64,000 nucleotides of DNA, from assembly GCA_041675145.1 (NCBI GenBank), contig JBAYUK010000001.1, positions 106,751 through 170,750 of the forward strand, read 5' to 3'. Below, one piece after another: positions 19,015 through 28,474 of this stretch (position 1 is the first letter of the stretch; every line of letters begins with the position of its first letter). Position numbers and translations under genes: made by a program. Under the pieces are notes generated by a model. The model was given only the letters and a program-made list of their open reading frames with translations. It had not been told where the DNA came from and searched no databases. This DNA is from Patescibacteria group bacterium. GTDB taxonomy: Bacteria > Patescibacteriota > JACPGU01.

Positions 19015-19376
19015 TCTTGCGAACAATCGCTCAGGCCGTCATGTTTATAGCGGTGAGTACCGTCGTCAGTCTTGGCTTAATCCAAGAGTCATTCAAGGCT
19101 CTGACAGAAATGGAGCAGAAATCAAGAAACATTGCACATAACTCTGTTCTGTCCGCTCAAGCCTGGCGAAAGACAGCTCTGGAATGGAAAAGAAATTCTC
19201 AAGAGTGGAAGAAATCCTCCAGTGACTGGAAAAATCTCTACCTTGTGGAGAAAAAGATTGCCAATGAATATGCTGATGGAATGGACAAGTACAACTCAGC
19301 ACTTCACAATTGCAAAGCGCTCATTCACAAGAAACGACCAGACTTGGTCTGTATCAACTACAAACAAGGGCGGTGA
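19011..19376 (+). CDS. Membrane-anchored coiled-coil protein (N-terminal TM plus W/K-rich heptad-like repeats 'WRKTALEWKRNSQEWKKSSSDWKN')
   Basis: 4-nt overlap with the upstream gene. Topology resembles TM-anchored coiled-coil proteins such as i-spanins. Confidence 0.5.
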   Translation: MILRTIAQAVMFIAVSTVVSLGLIQESFKALTEMEQKSRNIAHNSVLSAQAWRKTALEWKRNSQEWKKSSSDWKNLYLVEKKIANEYADGMDKYNSALHNCKALIHKKRPDLVCINYKQGR

Positions 19377-19378
19377 CT

Positions 19379-19789
19379 ATGCCTCAAACACACATAATCA
19401 TCCCCTTTCGGGATCGGTTACTTTCATTAGTTCGTGAACACCCAGGATGCACATACCTTTTGTTCTACGAGATCGGAGAAGGAATGATTTATGTATGCAC
19501 CACTCTCGAAGTTCTTGAGCTTCGCGACTGGAGCTACTACGATCTTTCCCTGTATCAACCAAAACACCCAAACAGTATTGACCCAGTGTGGCAAAAAAAG
19601 TACCAGATCGGATGCTTTCGAAGCTGCTACTACCCAGCTGGGTTTTCACCACTTGAAGGGCGCATTGAACACTTCAGCTCCACCTGCACACGAGAGCTAA
19701 ACCCTGCGCCACACACCCACCTTCCTAACCGACTCTTCTTCTCTTATGGACACTTGATACCCAATAGTCTCGGGGTTATCCATGAGTAA
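19379..19789 (+). CDS. Hypothetical Cys/His-rich protein (136 aa); ORF-track 19310..19789 trimmed to the ATG after the upstream stop
   Basis: Last gene of the operon. The terminator starts 2 nt after its stop. Confidence 0.45.
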   Translation: MPQTHIIIPFRDRLLSLVREHPGCTYLLFYEIGEGMIYVCTTLEVLELRDWSYYDLSLYQPKHPNSIDPVWQKKYQIGCFRSCYYPAGFSPLEGRIEHFSSTCTRELNPAPHTHLPNRLFFSYGHLIPNSLGVIHE

Positions 19790-19790
19790 T

Positions 19791-19828
19791 AACCGCCAAG
19801 TGGCAAAAGGCCGCTTCGGCGGTTTTTT
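19791..19828 (+). terminator. Intrinsic terminator (AACCGCC...GGCCGC-TTCG-GCGG-TTTTTT)
   Basis: Nested GC stems with a UUCG-type loop followed by T6. Confidence 0.75.
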
Positions 19829-19946
19829 GTTTGCTAAAATACCTCTTTGTCTAAAAAATATTTTGGTATATAGTGGCAAAAGAGACATATTGCTCGTTAA
19901 TAATAAATCGTGCAGTTATTCCAAAACACAACGAAAGGGGTCAATC

Positions 19947-20558
19947 ATGACCACGCCACCCGCCAAACTTGTCGTTCTTGCTTCCGGCTACGGGAGTAAC
20001 TTTCAGGCCGTTATTGACGCCTGTAAAGCAGAGGTTATCAACGCTCATGTATGCGCACTGGTCACCGACCAGAAAGAAGCGTACTGCCTGACTCGTGCAC
20101 GAACCGAGGATATCAAAAGCATGATCTATCCCAAGTTCAAGGCCGTTTCAAGACAAGCATACGACCAAGGACTTGCTGATCTCGTCACTGTTTTCAAACC
20201 CGACTGGGTTTTGTTGCTTGGCTGGATGCGAATCCTGTCTGGAGCGTTTCTTGATCAATTCCCAGGTAAGGTGATTAACATGCACCCAGCACTTCCGGGG
20301 AAGTTTCCGGGAGTAAACGCTATTGAACGCGCCTTTGCTGCGTTTCAAGAAGGTGAGGTCAACGAGACCGGAGTTATGCTCCACTTCGTCCCAGACGAAG
20401 GAGTAGATGACGGTCCTGTGATTACTCAAGCTACCGTTAGAATTTTTATGTCGGACACACTTGAAACACTGAAGAAGAGAATTCATGACACCGAGCATGC
20501 CCTGCTCGTTTCAACACTACAATCCCTTTGCAAAGTGGGACAACCAGCCCTTATCTAG
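19947..20558 (+). CDS. purN: Formyltransferase, PurN (phosphoribosylglycinamide formyltransferase)-like
   Basis: 'LVVLASGYGSNFQAV' N-terminus and 'HPALPGKFPG' from the folate-binding region; SD 'GAAAGGGG' 6 nt upstream. The ORF-track start at 19782 is probably too far upstream. Confidence 0.75.
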   Translation: MTTPPAKLVVLASGYGSNFQAVIDACKAEVINAHVCALVTDQKEAYCLTRARTEDIKSMIYPKFKAVSRQAYDQGLADLVTVFKPDWVLLLGWMRILSGAFLDQFPGKVINMHPALPGKFPGVNAIERAFAAFQEGEVNETGVMLHFVPDEGVDDGPVITQATVRIFMSDTLETLKKRIHDTEHALLVSTLQSLCKVGQPALI

Positions 20559-20578
20559 GGACATACGAGGAGACCGCC

Positions 20579-20731
20579 ATGAAGACACTTGTGATTGGAG
20601 TTTCAGCCTTCCTTCTTGTTTGGGGAGCAATTGAGCTATGGGAACTAAGCCTCGCTCAAAGCAACCCCAACAGCCGGAAACGACCCTTTCCCCCACTCGG
20701 GGATCCCACACCTGAGTTCGCCGGGGACTAA
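20579..20731 (+). CDS. Small signal-peptide/TM peptide (50 aa) with Pro-rich C-terminus
   Basis: Strong SD 'GAGGAG' 7 nt upstream of the ATG. Hydrophobic N-terminus. Confidence 0.45.
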   Translation: MKTLVIGVSAFLLVWGAIELWELSLAQSNPNSRKRPFPPLGDPTPEFAGD

Positions 20732-20754
20732 TACTCCCCAGGAGCTCAACGGCC

Positions 20755-20786
20755 AGAAAAAAACCACTGCAAAGTGGTTTTTTCTT
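20755..20786. terminator. Bidirectional terminator (AACCACT-GCAA-AGTGGTT flanked by A7 and T5) between convergent secY and the plus-strand island
   Basis: Perfect 7-bp stem with U-tracts on both strands. Confidence 0.8.
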
Positions 20787-20814
20787 GTCTATTACATTTC
20801 CTGTATCTTATCTT

Positions 20815-22104
20815 TTAGTAGTTGTCGTACTTACGCATAACGATTTGTGCATGCATTTGGCGAGCGGTCTCAAGAATGACTGAGACAATAATCAAGATAC
20901 TAGTACCACCCACTAAGACATCCAATGATGGATACGCTACTTGAACAACAAGGGGGAGTACCGCGATAATAGCAAGGAAGAGTGCACCGGTAATAGTTAA
21001 ACGGTTAATGATTGCTCCTAAATACGAAGCGGTCTGGGTTCCTGGGCGCATACCCGGGACAAAGCCACCCTGCTTCTGGATGTTTTCTGCAATCTCAGTA
21101 GGGTTAAACACCACTGAAGTGTAGAAGAACGTGAAAAGCATAACGAGTACAAAGTAGGCTAGGCCGTACCATACACTCGGAGGGCTCACTGAGAATACTT
21201 TTCCAATCCACTGTGCGAAATGCGCTACTTTTTCAGACTTCGCACTAGTAAAGAAGTTGGCGATAATAGTCGGGAAGATCATAAACGAGAGAGCGAAGAT
21301 GATCGGGATCACACCAGCAGTATTGATCTTGAGCGGAAGCTGGGTCTCTACTCCTCCACCGTACATACTAGCTCCTACCTGACGACGAGCATAGGATACC
21401 GGGATAAAGCGGTTTCCTTCGTTGATATAGATGATCGCGATAATTACTCCAAATGAGAGTGCAGCAATTGCTACTACTGGGAGCAGTGATGAAAGACCAG
21501 TATATCCCGCGCCAACGCTCTGGATAATACTCGGCAATGAAGACAAGATACCGGCCATAATGATAAGCGAAGTACCATTTCCAATACCGTTTTCTGTAAT
21601 AAGTTCACCGAGCCACATTAAAAATACTGATCCAGCAGTGACGATTAACATCAAAGAGACAAAGTGCATTGAGTCAACAGAGGTTAGAATTCCTCCACCT
21701 TGGTTCTTGAGGAGCAGTAGCATTCCATATGACTGGAGTAGTGCGAGTGGAATAGTAAGATACCGAGTCCACTGGTTAATCTTGCGACGACCTTCGTCTC
21801 CTTCTTTCTTCATCGCCTCCCATGATGGGATAATGTATGTCAAAAGCTGAGTAATAATTGAGGCATTAATGTACGGTCCCACACCCATCATAATGAGCGA
21901 GAAACGACTCATCGTTCCACCTGAAAAGATATCCAGTAGCCCGAATAATTGAGAACGATCAAAAAACTGCTTAAGCGCTGCGATGTCTACGCCTGGCAAC
22001 GGGATATGTGAGAGAACACGCACGAATAGAATAAGAGCAAGCGTCACAAGAATACGACGGCGTAAGTCCTTCAGACTCCAAATTGTTGCAAGGGTTTTGA
22101 ACAT
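20815..22104 (-). CDS. secY: Preprotein translocase subunit SecY
   Basis: 429 aa, 10 TM, sits between rplO and adk. Confidence 0.95.
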   Translation of the reverse strand: MFKTLATIWSLKDLRRRILVTLALILFVRVLSHIPLPGVDIAALKQFFDRSQLFGLLDIFSGGTMSRFSLIMMGVGPYINASIITQLLTYIIPSWEAMKKEGDEGRRKINQWTRYLTIPLALLQSYGMLLLLKNQGGGILTSVDSMHFVSLMLIVTAGSVFLMWLGELITENGIGNGTSLIIMAGILSSLPSIIQSVGAGYTGLSSLLPVVAIAALSFGVIIAIIYINEGNRFIPVSYARRQVGASMYGGGVETQLPLKINTAGVIPIIFALSFMIFPTIIANFFTSAKSEKVAHFAQWIGKVFSVSPPSVWYGLAYFVLVMLFTFFYTSVVFNPTEIAENIQKQGGFVPGMRPGTQTASYLGAIINRLTITGALFLAIIAVLPLVVQVAYPSLDVLVGGTSILIIVSVILETARQMHAQIVMRKYDNY

Positions 22105-22105
22105 A

Positions 22106-22600
22106 TTATTTCTTTACGGCTTTTTTCTTTGGTTTCTTATCTGTCGGCTTTACTTCTTTTACGATGAGTGTTGCTTTTCCGCCAGCTTTTTCAATCTTAA
22201 CAACTGCTGAAGCAGAAAACGCATGTGCTTCTACGGTAATTGCGCTCTTGATTTCACCGTTTCCTAGAATCTTAATACGAGTACGAGGTTTAACAAACTT
22301 TGAGGCAATAAGACCTGCGTAAGTGAACGATCCGTTTTCTGCCATCTTTTCAACACGATCAAGATTAAACGGTTGGTAGCTTCTATCATGAAGTACGTTG
22401 AAGCCTCGTGCCTTAGGAGTACGAGCAATAAGCGCCATCTGTCCTCCCTCGAACCCAACGCTGATGTTAGATCCTGAGCGAGCTTTGAAACCCTTGTGTC
22501 CGCGACCAGAGGTTTTACCCTTCGTCGAACCAGGACCACGTCCAACACGACGAGCAGGTTTACGAGTCTTCGATTTTGGTAATGCGTGTAGTTGAATCAT
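22106..22600 (-). CDS. rplO: 50S ribosomal protein L15
   Basis: 'RKPARRVGRGPGSTKGKTSGRGHKG' is a uL15 N-terminus. Confidence 0.95.
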   Translation of the reverse strand: MIQLHALPKSKTRKPARRVGRGPGSTKGKTSGRGHKGFKARSGSNISVGFEGGQMALIARTPKARGFNVLHDRSYQPFNLDRVEKMAENGSFTYAGLIASKFVKPRTRIKILGNGEIKSAITVEAHAFSASAVVKIEKAGGKATLIVKEVKPTDKKPKKKAVKK

Positions 22601-22605
22601 AATAA

Positions 22606-23295
22606 TTATGCCTTTTTAACTGAATCTTTTTTAGCTTTCTTACGAGACTCTAGTCTTTCGTCTGGAATCACCGCTCCGAGAGCACGCATAGCAGCACGAA
22701 CCGTATTAATCTTGTTATTTGAGCCAAAAGACTTCGCTACGATATCTGAATATCCTGCAAGCTCGAGTACGGTACGCACTGCACCACCTGCGATAAGACC
22801 ACGGCCTTTTTTCGCAGACTTCAAAAGTACCTGAGTGCCCTGAGACTTACCCCAGACATCGTGTAAAAGTGTACCATGTGCCATAGGAACATGGACGAGA
22901 TGCTTCTTAGCCTGAGAAGTTGCCTTCGCAGCAGCAGCCGTTACCTCGTTACCCTTACCGACACCAAACCCGATACGGCCTTTTTTGTCTCCGATAACAA
23001 CAAGAGCGCGGAATCGCATACGGCGACCTCCCTTTACTACACGGGTTACGCGGTCAATAGCGAGCATTTTTTCTTCAAACTCTGAAGGCTCCTTAACACG
23101 TTCTGGACGAGGCCCTCTGCCCTTTGGGGTGAATCCGCCAAACTTACTGGTTCCCTTAGTAGCAGCCGGCGCGCTTTCGGTAGGTACAACAACTTTAGCA
23201 ACTTCAGTCACTTCAGCAATATCAGATGAAATATCTGCTTCCTTTTCTGTCTCCAGTTTCGCCTCTCGGCCTAGTTTGATTTTGTCGTCACTCAT
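22606..23295 (-). CDS. rpsE: 30S ribosomal protein S5 with ~65-aa N-terminal extension; directly abuts rplO (no rpmD/L30)
   Basis: Core 'RFRALVVIGDKKGRIGFGVGKG...' is uS5. Confidence 0.9.
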   Translation of the reverse strand: MSDDKIKLGREAKLETEKEADISSDIAEVTEVAKVVVPTESAPAATKGTSKFGGFTPKGRGPRPERVKEPSEFEEKMLAIDRVTRVVKGGRRMRFRALVVIGDKKGRIGFGVGKGNEVTAAAAKATSQAKKHLVHVPMAHGTLLHDVWGKSQGTQVLLKSAKKGRGLIAGGAVRTVLELAGYSDIVAKSFGSNNKINTVRAAMRALGAVIPDERLESRKKAKKDSVKKA

Positions 23296-23316
23296 GATAG
23301 TTTTTACAATGTATGA

Positions 23317-23676
23317 TTAAAAGACAAGTCCGCCTTCTCGAGCACCATCTGCTACCGCTTTCACGATACCATGGTACAAGTTAGGGCCACGATCAAAAAC
23401 AACTGCCTCAATACTTGCTCCTTTAGCCTTGTTCGCTACTAGCTGTCCGAGCATACCAGCAATCTCCATCTTTTTCTTGCCCTTTGCCTTCAGTTCAGTA
23501 TCGTGTGCTGAAACCAGTGTCTTACCAACGGTGTCATCAATGATCTGAAGGAAAAGATGTTGATTCGATTTAAATACTGAAAGTCGAGGACGAGTTGTAG
23601 TGCCACGGTTAAGACGCGCCCTTGTACGGTTTGCGCGGAGAACCTTATTCAATTTTGTCGCTTTAGTTCTTGTCAT
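23317..23676 (-). CDS. rplR: 50S ribosomal protein L18
   Basis: 'RPRLSVFKSNQHLFLQIIDD' is a uL18 pattern. Confidence 0.9.
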   Translation of the reverse strand: MTRTKATKLNKVLRANRTRARLNRGTTTRPRLSVFKSNQHLFLQIIDDTVGKTLVSAHDTELKAKGKKKMEIAGMLGQLVANKAKGASIEAVVFDRGPNLYHGIVKAVADGAREGGLVF

Positions 23677-23685
23677 ATGAAATGA

Positions 23686-24225
23686 TTATTTTGCCTTACC
23701 TGCTTTACCAGCCTTACGCTTGATAACTTCATCAGTATATTTAAGACCTTTACCCTTATATGGCTCAGGCTTCTTGAGTTTACGAAGATTAGCTGCCACC
23801 TCACCCACCTGCTGCTTGTCAATTCCAGATAAATGAATAGTATTCTTATCTACTACACATTCAATAGTATCTGGAATGGCAAAAAATACTGGGTGAGAGA
23901 AACCTAGTGCTAACTCAAGTCCGTTATCTTTTTTTGCTACACGAAAACCTACTCCGATAAGGTCTAAACTCTTTTTAAAACCAGTCGTTACACCAGCTAC
24001 CATGTTGCGACATAGTGCCCATGCAGTTCCCTGCATAGCGCGCTGTGTTCCCATATCTCCCTCTCGTCCGATAAACAAGTCTGTTCCGTCAAGAGTAAGG
24101 GTAACAAGAGTACCAAAGTCATGAGAGAGTTTTCCCTTTGGTCCGGTAATCTCTACCATTCCTCCCGTAATAACTGCGGTCACTCCTGCTGGCAATTGAA
24201 TTGGTTTTTTTCCGAGTCTGCTCAT
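23686..24225 (-). CDS. rplF: 50S ribosomal protein L6 (start placed at internal 'MSRLGKKPIQLP')
   Basis: Canonical uL6 N-terminus. The ORF-track start at 24294 would overlap rpsH. Confidence 0.9.
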   Translation of the reverse strand: MSRLGKKPIQLPAGVTAVITGGMVEITGPKGKLSHDFGTLVTLTLDGTDLFIGREGDMGTQRAMQGTAWALCRNMVAGVTTGFKKSLDLIGVGFRVAKKDNGLELALGFSHPVFFAIPDTIECVVDKNTIHLSGIDKQQVGEVAANLRKLKKPEPYKGKGLKYTDEVIKRKAGKAGKAK

Positions 24226-24241
24226 AAGCGTATTTAAGTGA

Positions 24242-24628
24242 TTACCAAACTTTACAAATAACCTCACCACCGATTTTGTCAGCGCGGGCAGCACGATCTG
24301 TCATAAGACCTCGGCTTGTTGAAATGATTGCCATACCAAGACCATTTAAGATGTACGGAATGCCGTCAACAGGTACATAAATTCGACGCCCTGGAGTAGA
24401 AACTCGAGAGATAGTACGAATCTTTGACTGATTATTGGCGTATGCTAACTGGACTTTTATAGCTTTCTTGCCAGTCTTTTCGACAATGGCAGCGTCACTA
24501 ATATATCCCTCAGCTTTCAATATAGCTGCGATTTTCTCTTTCATCGTCGAAAAAGGTACCATACACGTTGGATGGTTTTTCGCTGATGCGTTTCGAATAA
24601 TCGTTAACATGTTTCCTATTGAATCCAT
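24242..24628 (-). CDS. rpsH: 30S ribosomal protein S8
   Basis: 'MDSIGNMLTIIRNA' is a uS8 start. Confidence 0.95.
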   Translation of the reverse strand: MDSIGNMLTIIRNASAKNHPTCMVPFSTMKEKIAAILKAEGYISDAAIVEKTGKKAIKVQLAYANNQSKIRTISRVSTPGRRIYVPVDGIPYILNGLGMAIISTSRGLMTDRAARADKIGGEVICKVW

Positions 24629-24662
24629 ATGGTTGATTTAGCGTTTTATCAAAAATGTTATA

Positions 24663-24857
24663 TTACCAAGAATCCTTTTTAATACCTGGCAATTCACCAC
24701 GACTTGCTAACTGACGGAAGCAAATACGACAAATACCAAATTTTCGCATAAAACCATGGGGGCGACCACACAAAGAGCAACGATTATATACCCGTGTTGA
24801 GTATTTCGCTTTCTTCTTGAGGCGCTCGGTTTTAACAATTAATGATGTCTTTGCCAT
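24663..24857 (-). CDS. rpsZ: 30S ribosomal protein S14, zinc-binding type Z
   Basis: 61-aa type-Z form with a CxxC...CxxC motif. Confidence 0.9.
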   Translation of the reverse strand: MAKTSLIVKTERLKKKAKYSTRVYNRCSLCGRPHGFMRKFGICRICFRQLASRGELPGIKKDSW

Positions 24858-24912
24858 AAGTGTGAATTAACGATGGTATTATACCTGAATTGAGGTTTCC
24901 TATCTAGTAAAA

Positions 24913-25470
24913 TTATTTGGTGCTAAATGGCATTCCAAATTTTTTCAGCAATGCGCGGGCCATATCTGCGTCATGGGTGGAAACCGTAATGTTTATCTGT
25001 AACCCATGGATCGCATCAAGTGACTCAACAGTAGCTTCAGGGAAAACCGAGTGCTCCTTGATTCCAAGAGAGTAATTCCCTTCATCATCAAATGAATCAG
25101 GGTTGAGTCCTCGAAAGTCACGAACACGAGGAAGAGCAACATTGACTAAGCGATCCATAAACTCGTACATACGAGGACCACGAAGCGTTACTGCTACTCC
25201 TACTGGTTGTCCTTCACGAAGCTTGAAAGCCGCAATTGACTTCTTTGCTTTTGCTACAAATGGCTTTTGGCCGGTAATAACTGAAATGTTTTCCACAATC
25301 TTGTCGATAATCTTTGCATCTTTGTACGCCATTTTACCAACACCCACGTTAAGGGTGATCTTCTTAAGTCGTGGTACCGCTAAAAGATTTTCCACACCAA
25401 ATTCCTTCATCAGCTCTGGTGCGATGGTCTTGTCATACTGCTCTTTTAGTCTTGGTACTACTGCTTTCAT
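24913..25470 (-). CDS. rplE: 50S ribosomal protein L5 (start at internal 'MKAVVPRLKEQY')
   Basis: uL5 motifs. The upstream part of the ORF-track frame is non-homologous. Confidence 0.9.
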   Translation of the reverse strand: MKAVVPRLKEQYDKTIAPELMKEFGVENLLAVPRLKKITLNVGVGKMAYKDAKIIDKIVENISVITGQKPFVAKAKKSIAAFKLREGQPVGVAVTLRGPRMYEFMDRLVNVALPRVRDFRGLNPDSFDDEGNYSLGIKEHSVFPEATVESLDAIHGLQINITVSTHDADMARALLKKFGMPFSTK

Positions 25471-25492
25471 AATGGTGTAAAAGATAATTGAA

Positions 25493-25804
25493 TTAAATAA
25501 CTTCGCCAGATTTACGACTAATACGCTCACGAGTTCCATCAGCAAGGCTTCTGAATCCTACGCGAGTCGGTTTACCAAGTTTTGTATCAACAAGTGCCAC
25601 ATTTGAAACATGAATTGGAAGATTAATACTAATTCTTCCAGCCTGCTTTACACCACGAACTGGCTTACGGTGACGAGTTGCAACTCCAACACCAGTAACC
25701 ACTACGCGATCGGTGTTCGTCACAACGCGTTCAACCACGCCTCGTTTGCCGCGGTCTTTCCCTGTGAGAACTTCAACTGTGTCGCCTTTTTTGATTTTCA
25801 TCAT
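25493..25804 (-). CDS. rplX: 50S ribosomal protein L24
   Basis: KOW motif 'IKKGDTVEVLTGKDRGKRG'. Confidence 0.95.
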   Translation of the reverse strand: MMKIKKGDTVEVLTGKDRGKRGVVERVVTNTDRVVVTGVGVATRHRKPVRGVKQAGRISINLPIHVSNVALVDTKLGKPTRVGFRSLADGTRERISRKSGEVI

Positions 25805-25808
25805 ATAA

Positions 25809-26177
25809 TTATACTACCTCTGGGGCTAGTGATACGATTTTCATAAAGCCTTTTTCACGAAGTTCACGCGCTACTGGTCCAAAGATACGAGTACCACGAG
25901 GGTTCTTGTCTTTGTCTACAATAACTGCTGCGTTCTCGTCAAAACGAAGTGTAGTTCCATCGCGGCGCATAATAGCGCGCTTCTGACGAACAATCACTGC
26001 CTTTACTACTTCCTTCTTCTTCACAATTCCACCAGTTCGTGCATCTTTAACTGAAGCGGTGATAATATCACCAACTCGAGCATAGCGAGCATGACTTCCG
26101 CCAAGCACCTTGATACACATGATCGCTTTCGCGCCACTGTTGTCTGCTACTTTGAGTCTGGTAAAATTCTGAATCAT
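25809..26177 (-). CDS. rplN: 50S ribosomal protein L14
   Basis: '[17 protein letters not shown]' is a uL14 N-terminus. Confidence 0.95.
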   Translation of the reverse strand: MIQNFTRLKVADNSGAKAIMCIKVLGGSHARYARVGDIITASVKDARTGGIVKKKEVVKAVIVRQKRAIMRRDGTTLRFDENAAVIVDKDKNPRGTRIFGPVARELREKGFMKIVSLAPEVV

Positions 26178-26198
26178 AGGAATGAATAAATTGATCGA

Positions 26199-26522
26199 TT
26201 ATTTTGCTTCTACTTTTTCTTCTTTCTTGCGGTCTGCTGCAAGCACTTCTTCACCCGCAATCTTATCTAAACCAAACATGTTTGCTGTTGAAACCTTCTT
26301 CAAAACTATGAAACGCTTCGTCTTGGAAAGTGGTCGACACTCTTCAATAATCACAATATCCCCTAGCTTAAACTCATTGTTGGCATCATCTGCAAGATAG
26401 CTTTTAACAACCTTGTACCGCTTCTTATAGATCGGGTGAGTCTTCATCACAAAGGTCTCAACCGAAACAGTTCGGGCGTCAAGCTTCTTGATAATTGTGC
26501 CTCGCAAGGTCATCTTTGCCAT
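26199..26522 (-). CDS. rpsQ: 30S ribosomal protein S17
   Basis: uS17 OB-fold sequence. Confidence 0.9.
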   Translation of the reverse strand: MAKMTLRGTIIKKLDARTVSVETFVMKTHPIYKKRYKVVKSYLADDANNEFKLGDIVIIEECRPLSKTKRFIVLKKVSTANMFGLDKIAGEEVLAADRKKEEKVEAK

Positions 26523-26531
26523 AGGAAATGA

Positions 26532-26744
26532 TTATGATTTCAAGAGTAATGCTTCTTCTTTCTCGCGAATAATAGTCATGATACGCGCGATCTCACGGCG
26601 AATCTTTGCTCTCTTGGTAGTATCAGCAACCTCACGGTGAGCCATCTTGAAACGGACTTCACGCATAGCAGTAGCTAAAGTAGCCAGATCTTTGTAGAGC
26701 TGTTCAACCGATTTCTCGCGAATTGGATCAGTAAGCTTTTTCAT
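26532..26744 (-). CDS. rpmC: 50S ribosomal protein L29
   Basis: 70-aa helical protein in the conserved position. Confidence 0.85.
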   Translation of the reverse strand: MKKLTDPIREKSVEQLYKDLATLATAMREVRFKMAHREVADTTKRAKIRREIARIMTIIREKEEALLLKS

Positions 26745-26749
26745 GACAA

Positions 26750-27154
26750 TTATTTGCTGATGAATTTAGTACGCACAGGCATCTTTGCAGATGCTAATTT
26801 GAGCGCCGCCTGAGCTACCGCTGGTGTTACCCCATCGAGCTCAAACAAGATACGGCCTGCTTCAACATTGGCCACAAAGTGGTCAAGTGCACCTTTTCCA
26901 GATCCCATCGGCGCTTCTGCAGCGTGCTTGGTGATTGGGCGATCTGGGAAGATACGAATCCACAACTGTCCACCTCTCTTAATATGGCGGGTAATCGCAC
27001 GGCGACCTGCCTCAATCTGACGAGCAGTAATCCAGGCAGAATCAAGTGATTTAATACCGTAATGACCAAAAGCAAGTTTCGTACCACGAGAAGCCACACC
27101 TATAATCTTAGGGTTGAACTGGCGGCGGAATTTTATCTTTTTGGGCATTAACAT
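26750..27154 (-). CDS. rplP: 50S ribosomal protein L16
   Basis: '[12 protein letters not shown]' and '[10 protein letters not shown]' are uL16 motifs. Confidence 0.95.
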   Translation of the reverse strand: MLMPKKIKFRRQFNPKIIGVASRGTKLAFGHYGIKSLDSAWITARQIEAGRRAITRHIKRGGQLWIRIFPDRPITKHAAEAPMGSGKGALDHFVANVEAGRILFELDGVTPAVAQAALKLASAKMPVRTKFISK

Positions 27155-27182
27155 AATAACAGGGGTTTAAGTAATGATTTGA

Positions 27183-27809
27183 TTATTTCTTCACTTCTTT
27201 ACGGAAGATCCAGACTTTGACACCGATAATTCCGTAGGTCGTATGTGCTGGTGTATGAGCAAAGTCGATATCTTCGCGTAATGATGACAAAGGAATTTTA
27301 CCAAGTGAAAAAGTTTCTGTACGAGCAATGTCTGCACCATTTAAACGACCACCAACCTTAATACGGATTCCACGAACACCTGCCTTCATAGTCTGCTCAA
27401 GTGTCATTTTCACTGCACGGCGGTATGGGATACGCTTTTCTATCTGGTCTGCGATATTACGTCCAACAATTGCTGCGTGGTTTTCCGGCATGTCCACTTC
27501 TTCGATACTCACTCCGGCTTTTTTGACCGTCAATTTTTGAACGTCCTTCTTAAGTTGCTCAATACCTGCTCCTGCGCGACCAATCAAAACACCCGGCTTG
27601 CTTGTACGAATCGTAATCTTTGCGTCGGTCTTTGAACGAGAAATTTCAACATCAGCGATACCGCCAGTCTTATATTTCTTGAGCAACATCTGACGAATAT
27701 TATAGTCTTCTTTCAAAAACAGTGGGTAGTCGCGAGTCGCAAACCACTTCGAAGACCAGTCTTTCGAGATGCCGATTCTAATCAATTTTGGATGTATTTT
27801 CTGTCCCAT
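27183..27809 (-). CDS. rpsC: 30S ribosomal protein S3
   Basis: 'MGQKIHPKLIRIGISKDW' plus a KH domain. Confidence 0.95.
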   Translation of the reverse strand: MGQKIHPKLIRIGISKDWSSKWFATRDYPLFLKEDYNIRQMLLKKYKTGGIADVEISRSKTDAKITIRTSKPGVLIGRAGAGIEQLKKDVQKLTVKKAGVSIEEVDMPENHAAIVGRNIADQIEKRIPYRRAVKMTLEQTMKAGVRGIRIKVGGRLNGADIARTETFSLGKIPLSSLREDIDFAHTPAHTTYGIIGVKVWIFRKEVKK

Positions 27810-27863
27810 AGGATTTTAATCTGAGCTTTTCAATTATGCCTTAATTATCGTAATTTTTCAATA

Positions 27864-28454
27864 TTATTCTGCTTTCTCTTCTTCTGGTGTAGTAGTCTCT
27901 TCGGGAGCCACTTCTTCTGGGGTTTCCACTACTGCTTCAGTCTTTACTTCTACCTCAGGAGCTGCCTCAGGGTTGATAACCTCTTCAACAATCTCCGTCT
28001 TTTCTTCTTCCTTCTCCTTTTTCACCACCTTCTCTTTCGTTTCCTTCTTTTTCGCTGGTGCTTTAGCAGCCTTCTTTACTACAACCGTCTCTTTCTTCTC
28101 TTTTTTCGGCTTAGCCACTATTTCTTTTTCAGTAACTTCGACAATGAGGTGGGTAGTGCGCTTCTTGATAGGACGAGCTGAACCTCGTGACCATGGAATA
28201 GAGCGTTTGAGGGCTGGTCCCCCATCTGCTCTGATCTGGGAGATAACAAGCTTCTTGGTATCCATGTTTTTGATCTGCGCGTTTGCAATCGCTGAGTTGA
28301 GCGTCTTGGTAATAAGCTCAGATGCTTTCCTTGGGGTACGCATAAGAATAGTGCGGGCAACAGCAACATCGCGTCCGCGAACAAGTTTCGCTAAACCTAC
28401 CACTTTGCGTGGACTAATGCGAGCGTATCGAGTTATTGCTTTTGCGCTATTCAT
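27864..28454 (-). CDS. rplV: 50S ribosomal protein L22 with ~80-aa Lys/Glu-rich C-terminal extension
   Basis: uL22 core in the first ~115 aa. Confidence 0.9.
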   Translation of the reverse strand: MNSAKAITRYARISPRKVVGLAKLVRGRDVAVARTILMRTPRKASELITKTLNSAIANAQIKNMDTKKLVISQIRADGGPALKRSIPWSRGSARPIKKRTTHLIVEVTEKEIVAKPKKEKKETVVVKKAAKAPAKKKETKEKVVKKEKEEEKTEIVEEVINPEAAPEVEVKTEAVVETPEEVAPEETTTPEEEKAE

Positions 28455-28474
28455 ATGGATTGATTATTCAAAAA

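Noticed and set aside
22081-22104. 'CCCTTGCAACAAT' at the very start of secY resembling the shared infA/tuf promoter motif
   Set aside because: It lies inside the coding sequence (codons for MFKTLATI), with no downstream -10 at the right spacing. It is likely coincidence.
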